Below are positions 63,090 through 64,000 of a stretch of DNA of 64,000 nucleotides, piece by piece. How positions within the stretch are numbered: the stretch's first letter is position 1; the number at the start of each line of letters is the position of its first letter. This stretch comes from a bacterium. Its GTDB lineage: Bacteria > UBA8248. The stretch covers positions 800,001 through 864,000 of the forward strand of contig OY843592.1 in assembly GCA_963692865.2 (NCBI GenBank), read 5' to 3'. Below the pieces are notes generated by a model. It was given only the letters and a program-made list of their open reading frames with translations. It was not told where the DNA came from and did not search any database. The position numbers and the translations under genes are program-made.

Positions 63090-64000
63090 TCCCTCGACCC
63101 CCCGTAGCGGATGCGCGGGTTGAAGACCGCGTAGAGGAGGTCGACCGTCAGGTTCACCACGGCGAACGTGAGCGCGAAGAACAGCAGCGAGCCCTGCACC
63201 GCGGCGTAGTCGCGCAGCTTGATGGCCTCGACGATGTAGCGTCCCAGGCCCGGCCAGGCGAACACCGATTCCGTGATCACGGAGCCGCCCAGCAGGTACC
63301 CCGACTGAAGCCCGACGACGGTGATGACGGGAAGCAGGGCGTTCTTGAGCGCGTGGACGTAATGGACCTTTCCGCTCGCCAGACCCTTCGAGCGCGCCGT
63401 GGTGATGTATTCGCTGCCCGTGATCTCGAGCATCGTGTTGCGCGTCATGCGCGCGATGAGGCCCGCGCCGGTCAGGCCGAGCGTGACCACCGGCATGATG
63501 AGGTGGGCCGCCGTGCCCTTGCCCCCCGCCGGGAGCCATCCGAGATAGACGGAGAAGAACCCCATGAGTATCAGGCCGAACCAGAACGAGGGCATGGATA
63601 TGCCGAGCAATGCGCCCGTCATGCTCCCGTAGTCGAACTTCGAATAGGGGTGTGTCGCAGACAACACGCCTGCCAGCAGACCCACAATGGTGGCGAGAAG
63701 CACGGCCCAGAAAGCGAGTTGAAGCGTGTTCAGGAAGCGGGTCCAGACTTCGCCCAGCACGGGCCTGTCGGAGAGGATCGAGCGGCCCAGGTCCCCCTGG
63801 AGGGCCCGCTTCATGAACATGCCGTACTGGACGTGGAGGGGCTGGTCCAGTCCGTATATCCGGCGTATTTCCGCAATGTACTCGTCGTCCGCGAACTCGC
63901 CCGCCAGGGCTTCCGCCGGGTCTCCCGGCACGAGGCGGATGGAGAGGAAGATGACGAGGGAGACGCCGATGAGAACCGGGATGAGAAGGAACACTCTCCG
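63086..64000 (-). CDS. Peptide ABC permease (DppB-like), 5' partial
   Basis: PGDPA, GDLGRS, MPSFW, TARSKG, ITESVFAWPGLG. Confidence 0.9.
   Translation of the reverse strand, partial: RRVFLLIPVLIGVSLVIFLSIRLVPGDPAEALAGEFADDEYIAEIRRIYGLDQPLHVQYGMFMKRALQGDLGRSILSDRPVLGEVWTRFLNTLQLAFWAVLLATIVGLLAGVLSATHPYSKFDYGSMTGALLGISMPSFWFGLILMGFFSVYLGWLPAGGKGTAAHLIMPVVTLGLTGAGLIARMTRNTMLEITGSEYITTARSKGLASGKVHYVHALKNALLPVITVVGLQSGYLLGGSVITESVFAWPGLGRYIVEAIKLRDYAAVQGSLLFFALTFAVVNLTVDLLYAVFNPRIRYGGSRE

Overview
Bacterial chromosomal window, GC-rich overall (GC and codon-usage statements are by eye, not computed). It is dominated by catabolic genes: three paralogous alpha/beta hydrolases, tandem TPP-dependent E1 alpha/beta pairs, CoA transferases, a CoA ligase, crotonases, peptide and sugar ABC transporters, and an amidohydrolase-Rieske pair. 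Intergenic spaces are full of REP-like hairpins and small TIR-bounded elements. Accessory content includes a complete IS1111-type (IS110 superfamily) element whose 3' non-coding region shows readable target and donor guides, a type I R-M locus with embedded cargo (a HEPN-motif gene, an MNT with a truncated HepT), a UGA-readthrough PrdB/GrdB-like selenoprotein, and a truncated RAYT. The most unusual signal is a 13.3-kb AT-shifted domain of ordinary chromosomal genes (including aroE and an mreB paralog). It is bounded by a 49-bp inverted repeat (47/49 identical), carries no recombinase, and most of its genes point toward its centre. No rRNA, tRNA or CRISPR array was seen. All product calls come from motif recognition, not database searches.
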